The position numbers were made by a program, and so were the translations under genes. Shown here piece by piece: positions 9,844-20,738 of a stretch of DNA of 52,485 bases. A model generated the notes under the pieces. The model searched no databases, was not told where the DNA came from, and saw only the letters and a program-made list of their open reading frames with translations. Source of the DNA: an uncultured Bacilli bacterium (GTDB lineage Bacteria > Bacillota_I > Bacilli_A > RF39 > UBA660); assembly GCA_949745755.1 (NCBI GenBank), contig CATJZL010000053.1:1-52485 (forward strand), in the 5' to 3' direction. Every line of letters begins with the position of its first letter. Position 1 is the first letter of the stretch.

Positions 9844-10612
9844 TATGATAAAAGAACTATATAACTATAGACAACTTTTAAAAAGTAATGTAAGCAAAGA
9901 AATAAGAGGAAAATATAAAGGTTCATTTTTAGGTATTTTATGGTCATTTCTTAATCCTTTATTGATGACATTAGTATATGCAATCATTTTTCCTTTAATA
10001 TTAAAATCGACTCAACCTCATTATATAACATATATAGTAATTGCAATACTCCCATGGACCTGGTTTACAACAACAATCGCTCAAGGAACCAATACGATAA
10101 TAATGAATGGTGGAATTATAAAAAAAGTATACTTTCCTCGTGAAATTTTACCAATATCAATTGTGACAAGTGGTCTAATTAACTATTTAATATCTTGTCT
10201 AATTATTATCCTATTTTTATTATTTAGTGGTATCGGATTTAGTCCATATATTTTATTGTTTCCAATAATTGTTTTAATTCAATACATTTTACTCTTAGGA
10301 ATCATACTCATAACAAGCGCAATTGATGTATATATTAGAGATGCAGAGTATATTATTAATTTTTTTATGACAATGCTTTTTTATGCAACACCAATTATAT
10401 ATTCACAAGAGCTGTTCCCAGCAAAATATAGTCGGATTTTAAATTTAAATCCAATGACAACAATAATAAATAGTTATCGAGATATTTTTTATTACCAACA
10501 ATTACCTAATCTACAATCATTAACAATAGTATTCTTACTATCAGTTGTTTTGTTATTAATAGGAATAAAAATATTTAAAAAACTAGAAAGATGTTTTGCG
10601 GAGGAATTATAA
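9836..10612 (+). CDS. wzm: Polysaccharide ABC exporter permease
   Basis: KYKGSFLG.LWS.LNPL, KKVYFPRE, YATPIIY, LNP; ABC-2 topology. Confidence 0.92.
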   Translation: MVSMIKELYNYRQLLKSNVSKEIRGKYKGSFLGILWSFLNPLLMTLVYAIIFPLILKSTQPHYITYIVIAILPWTWFTTTIAQGTNTIIMNGGIIKKVYFPREILPISIVTSGLINYLISCLIIILFLLFSGIGFSPYILLFPIIVLIQYILLLGIILITSAIDVYIRDAEYIINFFMTMLFYATPIIYSQELFPAKYSRILNLNPMTTIINSYRDIFYYQQLPNLQSLTIVFLLSVVLLLIGIKIFKKLERCFAEEL

Positions 10613-11476
10613 ATGAAGAGAAAAGAAGAACTAAAATTGGCAGGAGTAGTAACCTTATATAACCCAACAGATAAAGATATAGAAAATATAAATACCTACA
10701 TAGATGATATTGATACATTATATGTAATAGATAATACAGAAGGAAAAGATAATGAAAAAAGACTACCAAAAAATAAGAAAATAATTTATTCCTTTAAAAA
10801 TGAAAATGTAGGCGTTGCTAAAGCTCTAAATATAGGAGCAGAACAGGCAAAAAAAGAAGGTTATAAATGGCTTTTAACAATGGACCAAGATACCACCTTT
10901 AAAAAGGGCGTCATTGATAAAATGAAAGAGGTCATTACAAAACAAGATATGTCAAAAATAGGAATAGTAACGCCATGGCACCATACAAAATTAATAGAAA
11001 AAAAGCCTGATACCGAATTTGATAATCCACATGATGTAATGACATCAGGAAATATAATAAATTTAGAAATCCATGAAAAAATAGGCGGCTTTAAGGAATG
11101 GATGTTTATAGATGGAATAGATATAGAATATTGCCTAAATTTGTCTAAAAATGGTTATAAAATATTAAGAATAAATACAATAGAAATAGAGCATAATTTA
11201 GGAGATCTGTTTTATAAAAAAGTAGGAAATAGATTATTCCTATGTACAAATCATGCTGCATTTAGAAGATACTACATTATGAGAAATTATCATTATATTT
11301 TAGATATGTACAAAGATTATGACCCAGACTACTGCTATAGACTAGTAAGTCAAAGACATAATATAATAGGTGTTTTATTATTTGAAAAAAACAAATACAA
11401 AAAAATAAGAGATTACATTAGAGGACTTAAGGACTACCAAAAAGGAATAAAAGGAAAATCCCCTTACAAAGACTAG
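10613..11476 (+). CDS. GT2 glycosyltransferase, rhamnosyltransferase-like
   Basis: YNP, IDN, N.GVA.ALN.G, MDQD, TSG, FID.ID.EYCL, R.YY..RN. Confidence 0.8.
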   Translation: MKRKEELKLAGVVTLYNPTDKDIENINTYIDDIDTLYVIDNTEGKDNEKRLPKNKKIIYSFKNENVGVAKALNIGAEQAKKEGYKWLLTMDQDTTFKKGVIDKMKEVITKQDMSKIGIVTPWHHTKLIEKKPDTEFDNPHDVMTSGNIINLEIHEKIGGFKEWMFIDGIDIEYCLNLSKNGYKILRINTIEIEHNLGDLFYKKVGNRLFLCTNHAAFRRYYIMRNYHYILDMYKDYDPDYCYRLVSQRHNIIGVLLFEKNKYKKIRDYIRGLKDYQKGIKGKSPYKD

Positions 11477-11485
11477 GAGGCGTTT

Positions 11486-13672
11486 ATGGAAAAGAAAGCA
11501 ATAAAAAGATTAATGAATAAAACAAAAGACACTTTAAAAGAAGAAGGAATAAAAGCTTTGGCAATAAAAAGTACGAAATATGTTACCTTTAAAATATCTG
11601 CGATAAATAGAAAATACGATAGAGGATTCAAAGACATTTTATTTATTAATGGATGCTCTCTTCCTCATCCCCAAAGATATAGGGTAACACATCAAATTGA
11701 GCAGCTAGAATCTTACGGAGTAAGTTGTGACAAAATAGATTATGAAAAATTAGACTTAGACATGATAAGATTTTATAGAGGATTTATTTTTTATCGTTGT
11801 CCTATTCTCCCAATAATAGAAGAGTTTATAAAAGTAGCCAAAGAAAATAATAAAACAATATTTTATGATATAGACGACTTAGTATTCGACCTAAAAGATA
11901 CCAATAAAATTAAGTTTTTAGATACAATGACAAAGGAAGAAAGAGAATTGTATGATAATGGTGTCATAAGAATGGGAAAAACACTAGATTTATGTGAATA
12001 TGGAATAGCATCAACTGAACGTCTTCAAATAGAAATGTCAAAGCATCTAAAAGAGGTACATATAAATAGAAATGTTGCGAGTGAAATAATGGTAAGCTAT
12101 TCTATAGAAGCTCTAAAAAAAGTACAAAAAGACAAATCAAAAGTAATAATTGGTTATTTATCAGGAACAATTACTCATAATGACGATTTTAAATTAATTA
12201 TGCCAGTAATAATAGAAGTTTTAAAGAAATACAAGAATGCTTATCTAAAAATAGTAGGCCTATTAGATTTACCAAAAGAGATGGAAGAAGTAAAAGATAA
12301 AATATTAACCTCACCCTTTGTAAATTGGACAGATTTACCAAACCTAATACGAAGTGTAGATATTAATCTGGCACCACTAGAAGATACTGTATTTAACGAA
12401 GCAAAATCAGAAAATAAATGGACAGAAGCAGCACTTGTAAAAATCCCAACTGTAGCTTCAGATGTAGGGGCTTTCAAGAGTCAAATTATAAATAATGAAA
12501 CAGGATTTCTTTGTAAAAATAATAAAGAATGGAAAGAAGCATTAGAAAAATTAATAGAAAATCAAGAATATCGAGAAAAAATAGGACAAGCCGCTTATGA
12601 TGAAGTGATAGAAAATCATGTGACTACGAATAGTGGAAAAAAAGTGGCAGATTTTATTAAAAGTAAATTGAGACGCAACTTTTTATTTGTAATGCCATCA
12701 GTAAATGTAAGTGGAGGCATCATGGTAGCAATAAAACATGGAATCATGCTAAAGAAAAAAGGTTATGATGTCACAATAATGAATATAAATAAAGAAACAA
12801 GTTTTATAAAAAATGTTTATGAAAAAGATGAATATTTAAATGTAGTACCGAAAAAGAGAGTAGAATTTTTAGCTTATGTGGATACAGTAGTAGCAACAAT
12901 GTGGTTAACCTTAGATGTTGCACGTAAATATTTGAATTGTTCACATATAAAGTATTTAGTTCAGGGAAAAGAAACTGACTTTTACAAACCTGGCACATAT
13001 GAGAAAATAAAAGCAAGTGCCACCTATAATAATATTTTAAATGTAGAATATTTAACAGTATCTAAATGGTGTCAAGCATGGTTAAAAAAATATTACGATG
13101 TAGAGGCAAAATATATTCCAAATGGAATTGATCTGGATTTATATCCTATAAGAAAAAGAAACTTTAAAGATAAAAAAATAAAAATATTAATAGAAGGAAA
13201 TAGTAAAGATTATTATAAAAATGTAGATGAAAGCTTTAAAATTGTAGAACAATTAGATAAAGACAAATATGAGATTAACTATTTATCGTATGAAAAAGAG
13301 CCAAAAAAATGGTATTATGTAGATAATTTTTATCATAAAGTACCACATGATAAAGTAGGAGAAGTTTATAAAGACACAGATATATTACTAAAAACTAGTC
13401 TATTAGAAAGCTTTTCTTATCCACCTTTAGAAATAATGGCAACAGGAGGGCTAGCCGTAGTGCTTCCAAACGGAGGAAATAGTGAATACCTAAAAGATAA
13501 GGAAAACTGTCTACTCTATGAACCAGGAAATATAAAATCAGCAGTAGAAAAAATTGAAAACATAACAAAAGATAAAGAATTAAGGGAGAAATTAATAGAA
13601 AATGGTTTAAAAACAGCACAAAGCCGTTCGTGGGACAAAATAGAAGAACAAATTATAAATGTATATGAATAG
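11486..13672 (+). CDS. Two-module GT-B (GT4-like) glycosyltransferase, C-terminal module WsaF-like
   Basis: RYRV.H..EQL, YDIDDL, FNEAKSENKW.EA; second module SGG..V, ESFSYPPLE.MA.G. Confidence 0.75.
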   Translation: MEKKAIKRLMNKTKDTLKEEGIKALAIKSTKYVTFKISAINRKYDRGFKDILFINGCSLPHPQRYRVTHQIEQLESYGVSCDKIDYEKLDLDMIRFYRGFIFYRCPILPIIEEFIKVAKENNKTIFYDIDDLVFDLKDTNKIKFLDTMTKEERELYDNGVIRMGKTLDLCEYGIASTERLQIEMSKHLKEVHINRNVASEIMVSYSIEALKKVQKDKSKVIIGYLSGTITHNDDFKLIMPVIIEVLKKYKNAYLKIVGLLDLPKEMEEVKDKILTSPFVNWTDLPNLIRSVDINLAPLEDTVFNEAKSENKWTEAALVKIPTVASDVGAFKSQIINNETGFLCKNNKEWKEALEKLIENQEYREKIGQAAYDEVIENHVTTNSGKKVADFIKSKLRRNFLFVMPSVNVSGGIMVAIKHGIMLKKKGYDVTIMNINKETSFIKNVYEKDEYLNVVPKKRVEFLAYVDTVVATMWLTLDVARKYLNCSHIKYLVQGKETDFYKPGTYEKIKASATYNNILNVEYLTVSKWCQAWLKKYYDVEAKYIPNGIDLDLYPIRKRNFKDKKIKILIEGNSKDYYKNVDESFKIVEQLDKDKYEINYLSYEKEPKKWYYVDNFYHKVPHDKVGEVYKDTDILLKTSLLESFSYPPLEIMATGGLAVVLPNGGNSEYLKDKENCLLYEPGNIKSAVEKIENITKDKELREKLIENGLKTAQSRSWDKIEEQIINVYE

Positions 13673-13683
13673 GATGTGAAAAA

Positions 13684-14277
13684 ATGAAAGTAAGATATAA
13701 AATATGTATAATAATTCTATTTATATTAAGTATAATAATTCTTTATACATTATTATTTCCTAGTAAGCAATTTTCATCCTATACGTATGAAACGATAAAT
13801 AAATCAACAATAGATGAAATAAGAAATAAAGATTTAGTAGAACAAAGTTTTCAAGCAGAAGATAATTATATAACAGTAGGATTACCCATAGCAAACTATG
13901 GACAAATTATAAAAAAAGGTAAAATTATAGTTACAATAACAGATGAACAAGGTAAGAAAAAAAAATACAATATAAAAGCAACAAATATTATTGATAATGA
14001 ATATTATTATTTAAATTATAGATTTAAAAAAAATAAAAATTACAAAATAACCATTCAAGTTAAAGATTTAAAATCCCCTATAACCTTTTTAACGACTGAA
14101 AAAGAAATAAAGGGTACAAATTTAAGAGTAAATAAAAAAGAAAGAAAAGAAAATATTATATTATCTTTTATGTATAGCAAAAAAAACTATTTTAATATTT
14201 GGTATTGTCTATTTATAATAAGTATACTATTATGCTATATGACTCTAATAAAGGAGAAAGATTATGTTAAAAAATAA
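13684..14277 (+). CDS. Hypothetical membrane protein (N- and C-terminal TM helices)
   Basis: In operon, RBS upstream, two hydrophobic segments flanking a beta-rich domain. Confidence 0.7.
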   Translation: MKVRYKICIIILFILSIIILYTLLFPSKQFSSYTYETINKSTIDEIRNKDLVEQSFQAEDNYITVGLPIANYGQIIKKGKIIVTITDEQGKKKKYNIKATNIIDNEYYYLNYRFKKNKNYKITIQVKDLKSPITFLTTEKEIKGTNLRVNKKERKENIILSFMYSKKNYFNIWYCLFIISILLCYMTLIKEKDYVKK

Positions 14278-16135
14278 AAAAAATATAAAATTTATTATAG
14301 TAACATTTCTTCTTGCCATTCTTTGTAGCTTTTTAATAGAAATAATAGTATGGAACAAAAGTCTATTAACAAAAAATAAGACCTATAATGCGAAAATTGT
14401 CGAATTACATGATATAGAAAAAAAAGAGGGGTGGTATAAAACAACAACAGATGAAGCTTATATAATACTTGAAATACAAGATGGTTATATTGATAAACTT
14501 CAATTTAAATATAAAGCAGAGAAAAATTTTGATTGGATAATGTATTATAAAAATAATAATAACGAAACACAAAAAATAATTCAAAAGTCATCAATATTAA
14601 TAAATGAGGCAACAAGAAAATTAAATACTAAAATAAAAACTTTAAAAATAGAGTTCAAATCATCAGATATAAAAATACAAAATATAAGAATTAAAAATTC
14701 TATTACCCTAAATAGTTCAAGATTATTATTTATGGTCATATTGATAACCACATTAATAATATTAATAAAATTTAGAGATTATTTTAGAAAAAATTTAGAA
14801 AAGACCTTTTTAGTTATTGCAGGTACAACAGGCTTACTACTAATTATAGTAAGTCCCAAGATGGTATATACAGCATGGGATGATCAAATACATTTGAAAA
14901 GAGCTTATACCTTATTTAGTACAAAAGAAAGTAATTTTTCACAAGCACTTCAAATATTAGAATCTAAAATAGAAGTAAGTAGTGATAATTTCCAAACAAG
15001 AGAAGAACAACAAACGTTTTACAAAGAGTTAAATAAAATACATAGACAGACAAGAGACTATAAAATACAAATAAATAATTATTCTCCAAAATATAATCAA
15101 ATCGTTTACTTACCTTTTTTTATAGGATTTCGTATAGCAGATATATTAGATTTGAACTTTACTACAGGTTTTATTTTAGCAAAACTATTCAATTTAATCT
15201 GTTACATAATTATAATGTACTATGCAATAAAAATAGCAACTTCCCTAAAGAAAATTATATTCGTAATAGCACTTTTAGTATCAAACCTGTTTTTGGCAAC
15301 CCAATTTTCCTATGACCCAACCATTACTGCCAGTCTAATTTTAGCATTAAGTTTATTTATAAAAATGTTAGAACAGAAAGAAATAAATAATAAATATTTA
15401 ATTGCCTTTATCCTAGCAGTAATTTGGGCAAGTCTTCCAAAAGCAGTCTATTGTCCTGTACTTTTACTAGCCTTATTTATTCCAAACAATAAGTTTAAAA
15501 CAAAAAAACAGGCCCTAATAATAAAAGGATTAATACTATTTATTACATTATTATTAGTATCAACATTTATACTTCCATTCTTCTTAGGTAGTGTAGGAGG
15601 GGATTCCAGAGGGGGAAATACCAATGCTTCAGCTCAACTAAGCCTAATTTTACATAATCCGTTTAGATATTGCAAAACACTGATTAAATTCTTTATTATA
15701 TATGGACCAGAACAATTTTTTGGAAAAAACACATTAGTAGGCGTTGCTTATCTATATCCATATATAGAAATGGGAATAGATTTCATATATATAGGAAGTT
15801 TTATATTTTTGATGTATGCATCCTTTACCAGCAAGATGGATAAAGAAATACTCACAAATAAAATTAAATTTATTTTATTTATTATGTTAGTAGGAATATG
15901 GTTATTAGTAGTAACAGCAATGTACTTATCATTCACAGAAGTAGGATTAAATACAATAAACGGAGTACAATCAAGATATTTCATTTTCGCCTTATTACCA
16001 ATATTATTAATATTACTCCCAACTACAAATAAAAATAAAGAAAAAGAGAAGAATCCGCTACCCTTAATTTTCATCCCATTTTTAATACTAATGTTTGTAA
16101 TTTTACTTTTTATATTTAAAGGAAAAGGAATATAA
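14264..16135 (+). CDS. DUF2142-like polytopic membrane protein (GT-C fold, GacL-like)
   Basis: WDDQIH..RA, SYD, K..Y, GVQSRYF motifs and ~11 TM helices. Confidence 0.75.
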   Translation: MLKNKKNIKFIIVTFLLAILCSFLIEIIVWNKSLLTKNKTYNAKIVELHDIEKKEGWYKTTTDEAYIILEIQDGYIDKLQFKYKAEKNFDWIMYYKNNNNETQKIIQKSSILINEATRKLNTKIKTLKIEFKSSDIKIQNIRIKNSITLNSSRLLFMVILITTLIILIKFRDYFRKNLEKTFLVIAGTTGLLLIIVSPKMVYTAWDDQIHLKRAYTLFSTKESNFSQALQILESKIEVSSDNFQTREEQQTFYKELNKIHRQTRDYKIQINNYSPKYNQIVYLPFFIGFRIADILDLNFTTGFILAKLFNLICYIIIMYYAIKIATSLKKIIFVIALLVSNLFLATQFSYDPTITASLILALSLFIKMLEQKEINNKYLIAFILAVIWASLPKAVYCPVLLLALFIPNNKFKTKKQALIIKGLILFITLLLVSTFILPFFLGSVGGDSRGGNTNASAQLSLILHNPFRYCKTLIKFFIIYGPEQFFGKNTLVGVAYLYPYIEMGIDFIYIGSFIFLMYASFTSKMDKEILTNKIKFILFIMLVGIWLLVVTAMYLSFTEVGLNTINGVQSRYFIFALLPILLILLPTTNKNKEKEKNPLPLIFIPFLILMFVILLFIFKGKGI

Positions 16136-16148
16136 ATAGGAGGAAAAA

Positions 16149-17111
16149 ATGATAAATAAATATATCATAGGAAGATTAGGAAATCAAATGTTTCAATATG
16201 CTACAGTACGAGCATTTCAAATTAAAAATAATTTAGAAAAGGAAGAAATTAACCTAGACTTTAGTGAAGTATTCCAAAGAGCAGACGAAGGTGGCTTTGA
16301 AGACTCTCTAAGCTATTTTAATATCCCAAAATACCATATTAAGCCCATAAAAAAAACACCCATGCAAAAAATATTATTAACTTATCTAAATAGTATAAAA
16401 GCTTACTATATGATAAAAGATAAAATATTTCATACAAAAAACTATTCCAAAATAATGTATAAAAAAGAGAACAAAATACAACCACGATTAAATAAACATG
16501 GATTATATAGTTTTAGGCTTGGATACTATGATTTTAAAAATTCCAATATTAAAAATAAATGTTTTTATGGAACCTTTGAGTCCTCAAAATACTTTAATGA
16601 GATAAAGGAAACCTTACAAAAAGAATTTACTCCCAAATATGGAATTTTAGAAAAAAACAAAGAACTTTATAAGGAAATAGAAAACACAGAATCTGTATGT
16701 GTAACCATAAGAAGAGGAGATTTTGTACAAGTAGAATCAATTAGAAAAAATTTATATATCTGTACACCTGAATATTTTGAAGAGGCCATAAAAATAATGC
16801 AAAAAAAAGTGCCAAAGGCAAAATTCTTCATTTTTTCAGATGATGTAGAATGGTGCAAAAAAAATATGAAATTTCCAAAAGATACTAAATTTGAAACAGG
16901 AACAGATCCAGTATGGGAAAAACTGAGAATGATGTATTCTTGTAAACACTTCATCATATCAAACAGTACATTTAGTTGGTGGGCTCAATATCTATCTAGA
17001 AATAAAGAAAAGATAGTAATTGCACCAGATAGATGGACAAATGATTCCTATAAAGAACATAATAAAATAGATATTTATGAAGAAGATTGGGAATTAATAA
17101 AAATAAAATAA
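16149..17111 (+). CDS. GT11 alpha-1,2-fucosyltransferase family protein
   Basis: GRLGNQMFQYA, IRRGD, FSDD..WC, CKHFIISNSTFSWWA. Confidence 0.88.
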   Translation: MINKYIIGRLGNQMFQYATVRAFQIKNNLEKEEINLDFSEVFQRADEGGFEDSLSYFNIPKYHIKPIKKTPMQKILLTYLNSIKAYYMIKDKIFHTKNYSKIMYKKENKIQPRLNKHGLYSFRLGYYDFKNSNIKNKCFYGTFESSKYFNEIKETLQKEFTPKYGILEKNKELYKEIENTESVCVTIRRGDFVQVESIRKNLYICTPEYFEEAIKIMQKKVPKAKFFIFSDDVEWCKKNMKFPKDTKFETGTDPVWEKLRMMYSCKHFIISNSTFSWWAQYLSRNKEKIVIAPDRWTNDSYKEHNKIDIYEEDWELIKIK

Positions 17112-18091
17112 TGAGGATGAATATGTATAAAGTAAGTATAATTATACCTGTCTATAACGCCGAAAAATATTTGGAAAGATGCATGGATAGTCTACTAAAT
17201 CAGACTTATAAGAATATTGAAATCATAGCAATTAACGATGGCTCAAAAGACCATTCTTTAGATATATTAAAAAACTATCAAAAAGAAAATAAGAATGTAA
17301 AAGTATATACTCAAGAAAATATTGGAATATCAAAAACTAGAAATAGGGGAATAAAATATGCTACAGGTGATTACATAATGTTTGTAGATAATGATGATTT
17401 TTTAGATAATGACTATATTAAAACATATATAAATGAGTTAAAAGAAAGAAAATATGATGTAATAATAGGTGGATATAGAAGAGTAAATACACAAAATAAA
17501 ACAATCAAAAAAGTAAGATTGAAAAACAAAGAATGGTGTGCTTATATGATTGTTGCACCTTGGGCAAAACTGTATAAAAGAGAATATATAAAGGAAAAAA
17601 AATTAGAATTTTTAAATTCAAATATTGGAGAGGATATCTATTTCACATTACCAGCAGTTTCTCTATCAGAAAATATAAAAATTATTTCTTACATCGGATA
17701 TAACTGGTTTTATAATGATGAGAGTGTATCCAATACCATTCATAAAGAAATAAAAAAAGAATTACAATTTGAATTTCTACTAAATAGCTTATATAAAAAA
17801 GTTCAAAAAGAAAACTTATCAAAAAATACTTATATAGAATATTACTTCATAAAAACAATAATTTGGTTTTTATTCTATACCTGTAAAAAAACGAATATAA
17901 GCGAACTATTAGAAGCTAAAATATATTATTTTCAGTGGTTAGAAAAAAATTTTAAAAATTACCAGAAAAATAAAAACATAAGACTATATAAACCACAAGG
18001 AGAAAAACTTATAAACAAAATATTAGTTTATAGTTTTGTAAAATTAAACCTTAGTGTTCCTTTACTCAAATTATATAAAAGAATAGGATAA
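17087..18091 (+). CDS. GT2 glycosyltransferase (start probably a few codons downstream)
   Basis: SIIIPVYN.EKYL, INDGS.D, FVDNDD, WAKLYK, GED. Confidence 0.9.
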   Translation: MGINKNKIMRMNMYKVSIIIPVYNAEKYLERCMDSLLNQTYKNIEIIAINDGSKDHSLDILKNYQKENKNVKVYTQENIGISKTRNRGIKYATGDYIMFVDNDDFLDNDYIKTYINELKERKYDVIIGGYRRVNTQNKTIKKVRLKNKEWCAYMIVAPWAKLYKREYIKEKKLEFLNSNIGEDIYFTLPAVSLSENIKIISYIGYNWFYNDESVSNTIHKEIKKELQFEFLLNSLYKKVQKENLSKNTYIEYYFIKTIIWFLFYTCKKTNISELLEAKIYYFQWLEKNFKNYQKNKNIRLYKPQGEKLINKILVYSFVKLNLSVPLLKLYKRIG

Positions 18092-18095
18092 TAAA

Positions 18096-19091
18096 ATGAA
18101 AAAAGAAAAAAAAATAAGTATAATAGTTCCAGTATACAATGGAGAAAAATTTATAGATAAATGTTTTGAGAGTTTAATAAACCAGACTTATAAAAATATA
18201 GAAGTGATTGCCATAGATGATGGATCAAGCGATAAATCTTATGACAAATTAAAACAATATTCTAATAAATATCCATTTATAAAATGTTATCATCAAACAA
18301 ATAAAGGACTTTCAATTACAAGAAACAATGGTATCACATATGCAACAGGGAGCTATATAACAGTACTAGATGTAGATGATTGGTTTGACCACGATTTTTT
18401 AGAAAAAATGATTACAAATAATGAAAAATATGATTTAATTATTGGTGGATATAGAAGAATATATGAAAGTGGAAAGATAGATTTTGAATATGTCTTAAAA
18501 AAAAGTGATTGGAATAAATATAGAAGAGTAACAGTTTGGGCCAAAATATATAAAACAAGTTTTATAAAGAAAAATAAAATAACTTATCCCCAGGATAGAA
18601 TTTATGGAGAAGATGTAGTATATACAATGAGGTGTATGTCTAAAAAACCAACTGTATGTTTTGTAGACTATATTGGATATAATAATTTAATTAATGAAAA
18701 TTCCATTACCCATAAAGATACAAATAAAATAAAAGAAAATGTACCTAAAATATTTAAACATTGTGATGAATTTATAAAAGAAAATAAAATATTTATAAAA
18801 GAAAACAAAAAAACAATAAAGTATTATTACTTAAAAATAGTAGCTTCCTACTTAATAGAACAAGCAGCATTCCTACCTTATGATAGTTTAGAAGAATATT
18901 ATAAGGACTCGCTTAAGAATGTAAAATCTCTTTTCAAAAAATACAACTATAAATTTTCATTGGTATATCAAAAAGATGAACCATTAAAAATAAATATTAT
19001 TATTAACACAATAATAATATTTGAAAAATTACACATAGCAAAAATACTACTACAGTTACTACATAAAGTCTATTATAAAGATAAAACATAA
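18096..19091 (+). CDS. GT2 glycosyltransferase
   Basis: SIIVPVYN, IDDGSSD, LDVDD, WAKIYK, GED. Confidence 0.9.
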   Translation: MKKEKKISIIVPVYNGEKFIDKCFESLINQTYKNIEVIAIDDGSSDKSYDKLKQYSNKYPFIKCYHQTNKGLSITRNNGITYATGSYITVLDVDDWFDHDFLEKMITNNEKYDLIIGGYRRIYESGKIDFEYVLKKSDWNKYRRVTVWAKIYKTSFIKKNKITYPQDRIYGEDVVYTMRCMSKKPTVCFVDYIGYNNLINENSITHKDTNKIKENVPKIFKHCDEFIKENKIFIKENKKTIKYYYLKIVASYLIEQAAFLPYDSLEEYYKDSLKNVKSLFKKYNYKFSLVYQKDEPLKINIIINTIIIFEKLHIAKILLQLLHKVYYKDKT

Positions 19092-19102
19092 AAGGAGGTA
19101 AA

Positions 19103-20620
19103 ATGCGTACTCAAAATAGTATATTAAATATGAAATCAAACTTTTTAATATTAATAACCCAGACGATTTTATCCTTTGTAGTTAGAACAATATTTATAAA
19201 AGAACTAGGAAAAACATATTTAGGATTAGATGGACTGTTTCTAAATATCCTAAATATTTTATCAATTGCTGAATTAGGAATAAGCTCAGCAATAAGCTTT
19301 TGTCTATATAAACCATTAAAAGAAGAAGATATAGAGAAAATTAGTATTTTGATGACCTGTTATAAAAAATTATATTATATAATAGGAACAATAATGACAG
19401 CAATAGGTTTACTGATTATGCCATTTTTACAGTATATGATAAAAGATACAGTAGAGAATCTGTACTTAATTTATATACTTTACTTACTTAGTACTACTAC
19501 ACTATACTTCATTTCTTATAAAGAAATATTAATTATGGCAGATCAAAAAAATTATAAACTGACATGGATTAACTTTTTATTTACCATAATCATGTATGGT
19601 ATGCAAGTCTTAGTATTAATACAATATAATAGTTTTATTTTATATTTAATCATTCAGCTCATTGTAAAAATACTTCAAAAAATCTTTATTAGTAGATATA
19701 TTACGAAACAATATCAAAAAATAGATTTTAATGCAAAAAAAGAATTAGAGAAAGAAGAATTAAATGGAATAAAAAGGAATATAAAATTTTTATTCTTCAA
19801 TAAAATAGGAGACTTATGCATATACTGCACAGATAATATTTTAATATCTAAAATAGTAAATTTAATAACAGTAGGACTATATTCTAATTACTCATCTGTA
19901 GTAACAATAACAAGATCTATAATAAATGGAGTCTTTACAGGTATAACTGCAAGCTTTGGAAATTTTGCAATAGACTCAAACGAAGAATCGAAAAAAAATA
20001 TATTTGAAATAATGGATTTTATACGTTTTATACTATATGGATTATGTACTATAGGTTTTATTTTATTAATCAATACATTTGTGCAGATATGGTTAGGAAA
20101 AAGTTTTTTATTAAATAAAACAAATGTATTTATAATATGTCTAAACTTTTATTTAATGGGGACACAAGTGCCTATAGAAGTGGTTAAACAAGCACTAGGA
20201 TTTTATAATAGAGATAGAATAGTTGCCCTAATGCAAGCAGTAGTGAACTTAATTTTATCTATTCTATTAGGAATAAAATTTGGTCTAACAGGTATTTTAA
20301 TTTCTACAACAATTAGTTATATAATACTTCCTTATTGGCTAAGACCTTATTACATATATAAATATATTTTCAAAACGAAAGTTCTAACATATCTGAAAAG
20401 AGAAATATTAAACTTAATAGCTATATGTATAGTTGTTATAATTAGTGAGTATATTTTTACATTTATGAGTATCAATAGTATTATAATAAGATTTATAATT
20501 GAGATAATACTTACTATGTTATTATTTGCCATTGTAGTAACAATTCTATATCACAAAACAAAAGAATTTAAATTCGTATATGAATACTGCAGGGAAAAGT
20601 TAAACAAAAGAATAGAATGA
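19103..20620 (+). CDS. Wzx-like (MOP family) flippase
   Basis: ~12-14 TM; R..FI..LG...LG, SIAELG, TDNILIS...VG.YSNY. Confidence 0.85.
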   Translation: MRTQNSILNMKSNFLILITQTILSFVVRTIFIKELGKTYLGLDGLFLNILNILSIAELGISSAISFCLYKPLKEEDIEKISILMTCYKKLYYIIGTIMTAIGLLIMPFLQYMIKDTVENLYLIYILYLLSTTTLYFISYKEILIMADQKNYKLTWINFLFTIIMYGMQVLVLIQYNSFILYLIIQLIVKILQKIFISRYITKQYQKIDFNAKKELEKEELNGIKRNIKFLFFNKIGDLCIYCTDNILISKIVNLITVGLYSNYSSVVTITRSIINGVFTGITASFGNFAIDSNEESKKNIFEIMDFIRFILYGLCTIGFILLINTFVQIWLGKSFLLNKTNVFIICLNFYLMGTQVPIEVVKQALGFYNRDRIVALMQAVVNLILSILLGIKFGLTGILISTTISYIILPYWLRPYYIYKYIFKTKVLTYLKREILNLIAICIVVIISEYIFTFMSINSIIIRFIIEIILTMLLFAIVVTILYHKTKEFKFVYEYCREKLNKRIE

Positions 20621-20633
20621 AAAAAGTAAAAGG

Positions 20634-20656
20634 TAGATAGCGGCTATCTATTTTTT
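20634..20656 (+). terminator. Intrinsic terminator after flippase
   Basis: TAGATAG/CTATCTA stem plus T-tract. Confidence 0.65.
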
Positions 20657-20738
20657 GTTTGCAAAGATATAGATTTAAAAAAAATAGATTCTATGCTAAA
20701 ATAAAAAAAAGCAACTATATGTAGTAGGAGGTTTTTGT

